Positions 61,940-64,000 of a stretch of 64,000 nt of DNA are shown here, in pieces. The number at the start of each line of letters is the position of its first letter. The first letter of the stretch is position 1. Position numbers and translations under genes: made by a program. Under the pieces are notes generated by a model. The model had not been told where the DNA came from. It did no database searches and worked only from the letters and a program-made list of their open reading frames with translations. The DNA comes from Octopus vulgaris (Eukaryota): assembly GCA_951406725.2 (NCBI GenBank), contig OX597817.1, positions 168,392,001-168,456,000 on the forward strand, read 5' to 3'.

Positions 61940-63920
61940 TGGCAAAATTGGTAGACATTGACAACATGTACTGATTGATGTAGTAACACAGGTGCATACC
62001 AACAGTAACACAGGTGCATACCAACAATGAACTAACACAGTTACACAAGTACATGGTAACAATATGATCCAACTGATACTGCATTGTGAAGTAGATACAT
62101 ATTGATAACATGAGCCAACACTGTGATACTGGTATAGCCATGGGCTATACTGGTATAGCCATACTGATACTGGTATAGCCATAAGGCGGCGAGCTGGCAG
62201 AAACGTTAGCACGCCGGGCGAAATGCTTAGCGGTATTTCGTCTGCCGTTACGTTCTGAGTTCAAATTCCGCCGAGGTCGACTTTGCCTTTCATCCTTTCG
62301 AGGTCGATAAATTAAGTACCAGTTACGCACTGGGGTCGATGTGATCGACTTAATCCCTTTGTCTGTCCTTGTTTTGTCCCCTCTGTGTTTAGCCCCTTGT
62401 GGGTAGTAAAGAAATATGGCCCATGGGATTTTCTGAATGTCATGCCTAATGAAGAGTTACCATGAAATTTTTTAATAGTGGGGGTTGCCTGATCGTGAGC
62501 TGTGTCTCATGCAGCCACCTTCTTGAAAATGGTTGCCTATGTTGGCACTAGTACATACTGTGTGACACAGTTTCATACTGACATGACCTTGTGCTCTGAC
62601 ATTGGTACATGACCTAATGCTGTGACACTAGTGTATTCTAACAACATGATTTAACATCATGATGCAGGTATATTCTGACAACATGATGTAAAATAGGCAC
62701 AGGAGTGGCTGTGTGGTAAGTAGCTTGCTTACCAACCACATGGTCCCGGGTTCAGTCCCACTGCGTGGCACCTTGGGCAAGTGTCTTCTACTATAGCCTC
62801 GGGCCGACCAATGCTGTGTGAGTGGATTTGGTAGACGGAAACTGAAAGAAGCCCCTCGTAAATATGTATATATGTGTGTGTGTGTGTGTGTGTTTGTGTG
62901 TCTGTGTTTGTCTCCCCAACATTGCTTGACAACTGATGCTGGTGTGTTTATGTCCTCATAACTTAGCGGTTCGGCAAAAGAGACCGATGGAATAAGGGGT
63001 CGATTTGCTCGACTAAAGGTGGTGCTCCAGCATGGCCGCAGTCAAATGACTGAAACAAGTAAAAGAGTAAAAGAGAGTAACAGAGACAATGATACATACA
63101 ACATAGCCTAACTAGTACCGTAACACTGTACATACTAACAGCATGATCTAATTTTGACTGTGACATGGGTACATACTGACAACGTGACCTAACATTGTGA
63201 CACAATTACATTCTGACATGATGTAACAAGGGGACAATGGTACATATTGACAACATAATGTAACACAGAGATAATAGTATATTCTTGCAACACAGCCTGA
63301 CTGACACAGAAAGGCAGTACATAAGACAGTATGACCTAACATTGTAACATGGGTACATCATCATCATCATTTAGCGTCCGTTTTCCATGCTAGCATGGGT
63401 TGGACGGTTTAACTGGGGTCTGTGAAACCAGAAGGCTGCATCAGGCCCAGTCTGATCTGGCAGTGTTTCTACGGCTGGATGCCCTTCCTAACGCCAACCA
63501 CTCCGTGAGTGTAGTGGGTGCTTTTTACGTGCCACCTGCACAGGTGCCAGACAGAGCTGGCAAACGGCCACGAATGGATGGTGTTTTTACGTGCCACCGG
63601 AAGGGGGCCAGGCGAGATGGCAACGGACATGAACGGATGTTGCTTTTACGTGCTACCGGCACGGGGCCAGGCGAGGCTGGCAAACGGCCACGAACGGATG
63701 GTGTTTTTACGTGCCACCGGAACGGGGGCCAGGCGAGGCTGGCAACGGACATGAACGGATGGTGCGAGGCTGGCAATGGACACGAACGGATGGTGTTTTT
63801 ACGTGCATACTGACATTATCTAACATGGCGACACATACATACTAACATAAGACTAACAGTGATACATACTAGCAGCATTACCTTAGTGACACTGGTACAT
63901 ATGGCTCACACTATTAATGA
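61940..63920. repeat. Ancient degenerate tandem repeat (gtacatactgacaacatgacctaacattgtgacac-like), interrupted by SINEs
   Basis: The motif recurs between TE insertions. Short perfect repeats lie near 61982-62021 and 62125-62182. Confidence 0.45.
63356..63808 (-). mobile_element. RTE 3'UTR with repeated approximately 60-bp modules
   Basis: (ATC)n tail at the left, with repeated ttttacgtgccaccgg modules. Confidence 0.75.
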
Positions 63921-64000
63921 GATTTACTCTTTTACTTGTTTCAGTCATTTGACTGCGGCCATGCTGGAGCACCGCTTTTAGTCGAGCAACTCGACCCCAG

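Overview
AT-rich, repeat-dense eukaryotic DNA. The repeat families (tRNA-headed SINEs, RTE LINE tails ending in (GAT)n, many microsatellites) look like those of an octopus/coleoid cephalopod; this is inferred from pattern recognition. Only one long ORF is a real protein: a single-coding-exon LRR-Ig-FN3-TM receptor of the LRRN (leucine-rich repeat neuronal) family at 58777-60930 on the minus strand. Reading the plus strand by hand reveals two short spliced exons that the ORF track misses: 20813-20917 (...AKVEGASMQ) and 51047-51150 (PALNPEGQRTSDYVFLNKWK...RGEVVSL). They encode the N-terminal half of the mitochondrial inner-membrane peptidase IMMP2L. The LRRN gene lies antisense in the intron after the 104-bp exon. 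This is the same intron that hosts LRRN3 in human IMMP2L, which points to a nested gene pair conserved between a mollusc and vertebrates. The rest of the window is intronic transposon debris: three SINE families, RTE LINE fragments, mariner, pogo, hAT and piggyBac-type elements, Helitrons, foldback elements and tandem repeats. The long 46-50 kb and 19.5-20.7 kb ORFs are repeat artefacts. Repeat coordinates are approximate because they were read by eye.
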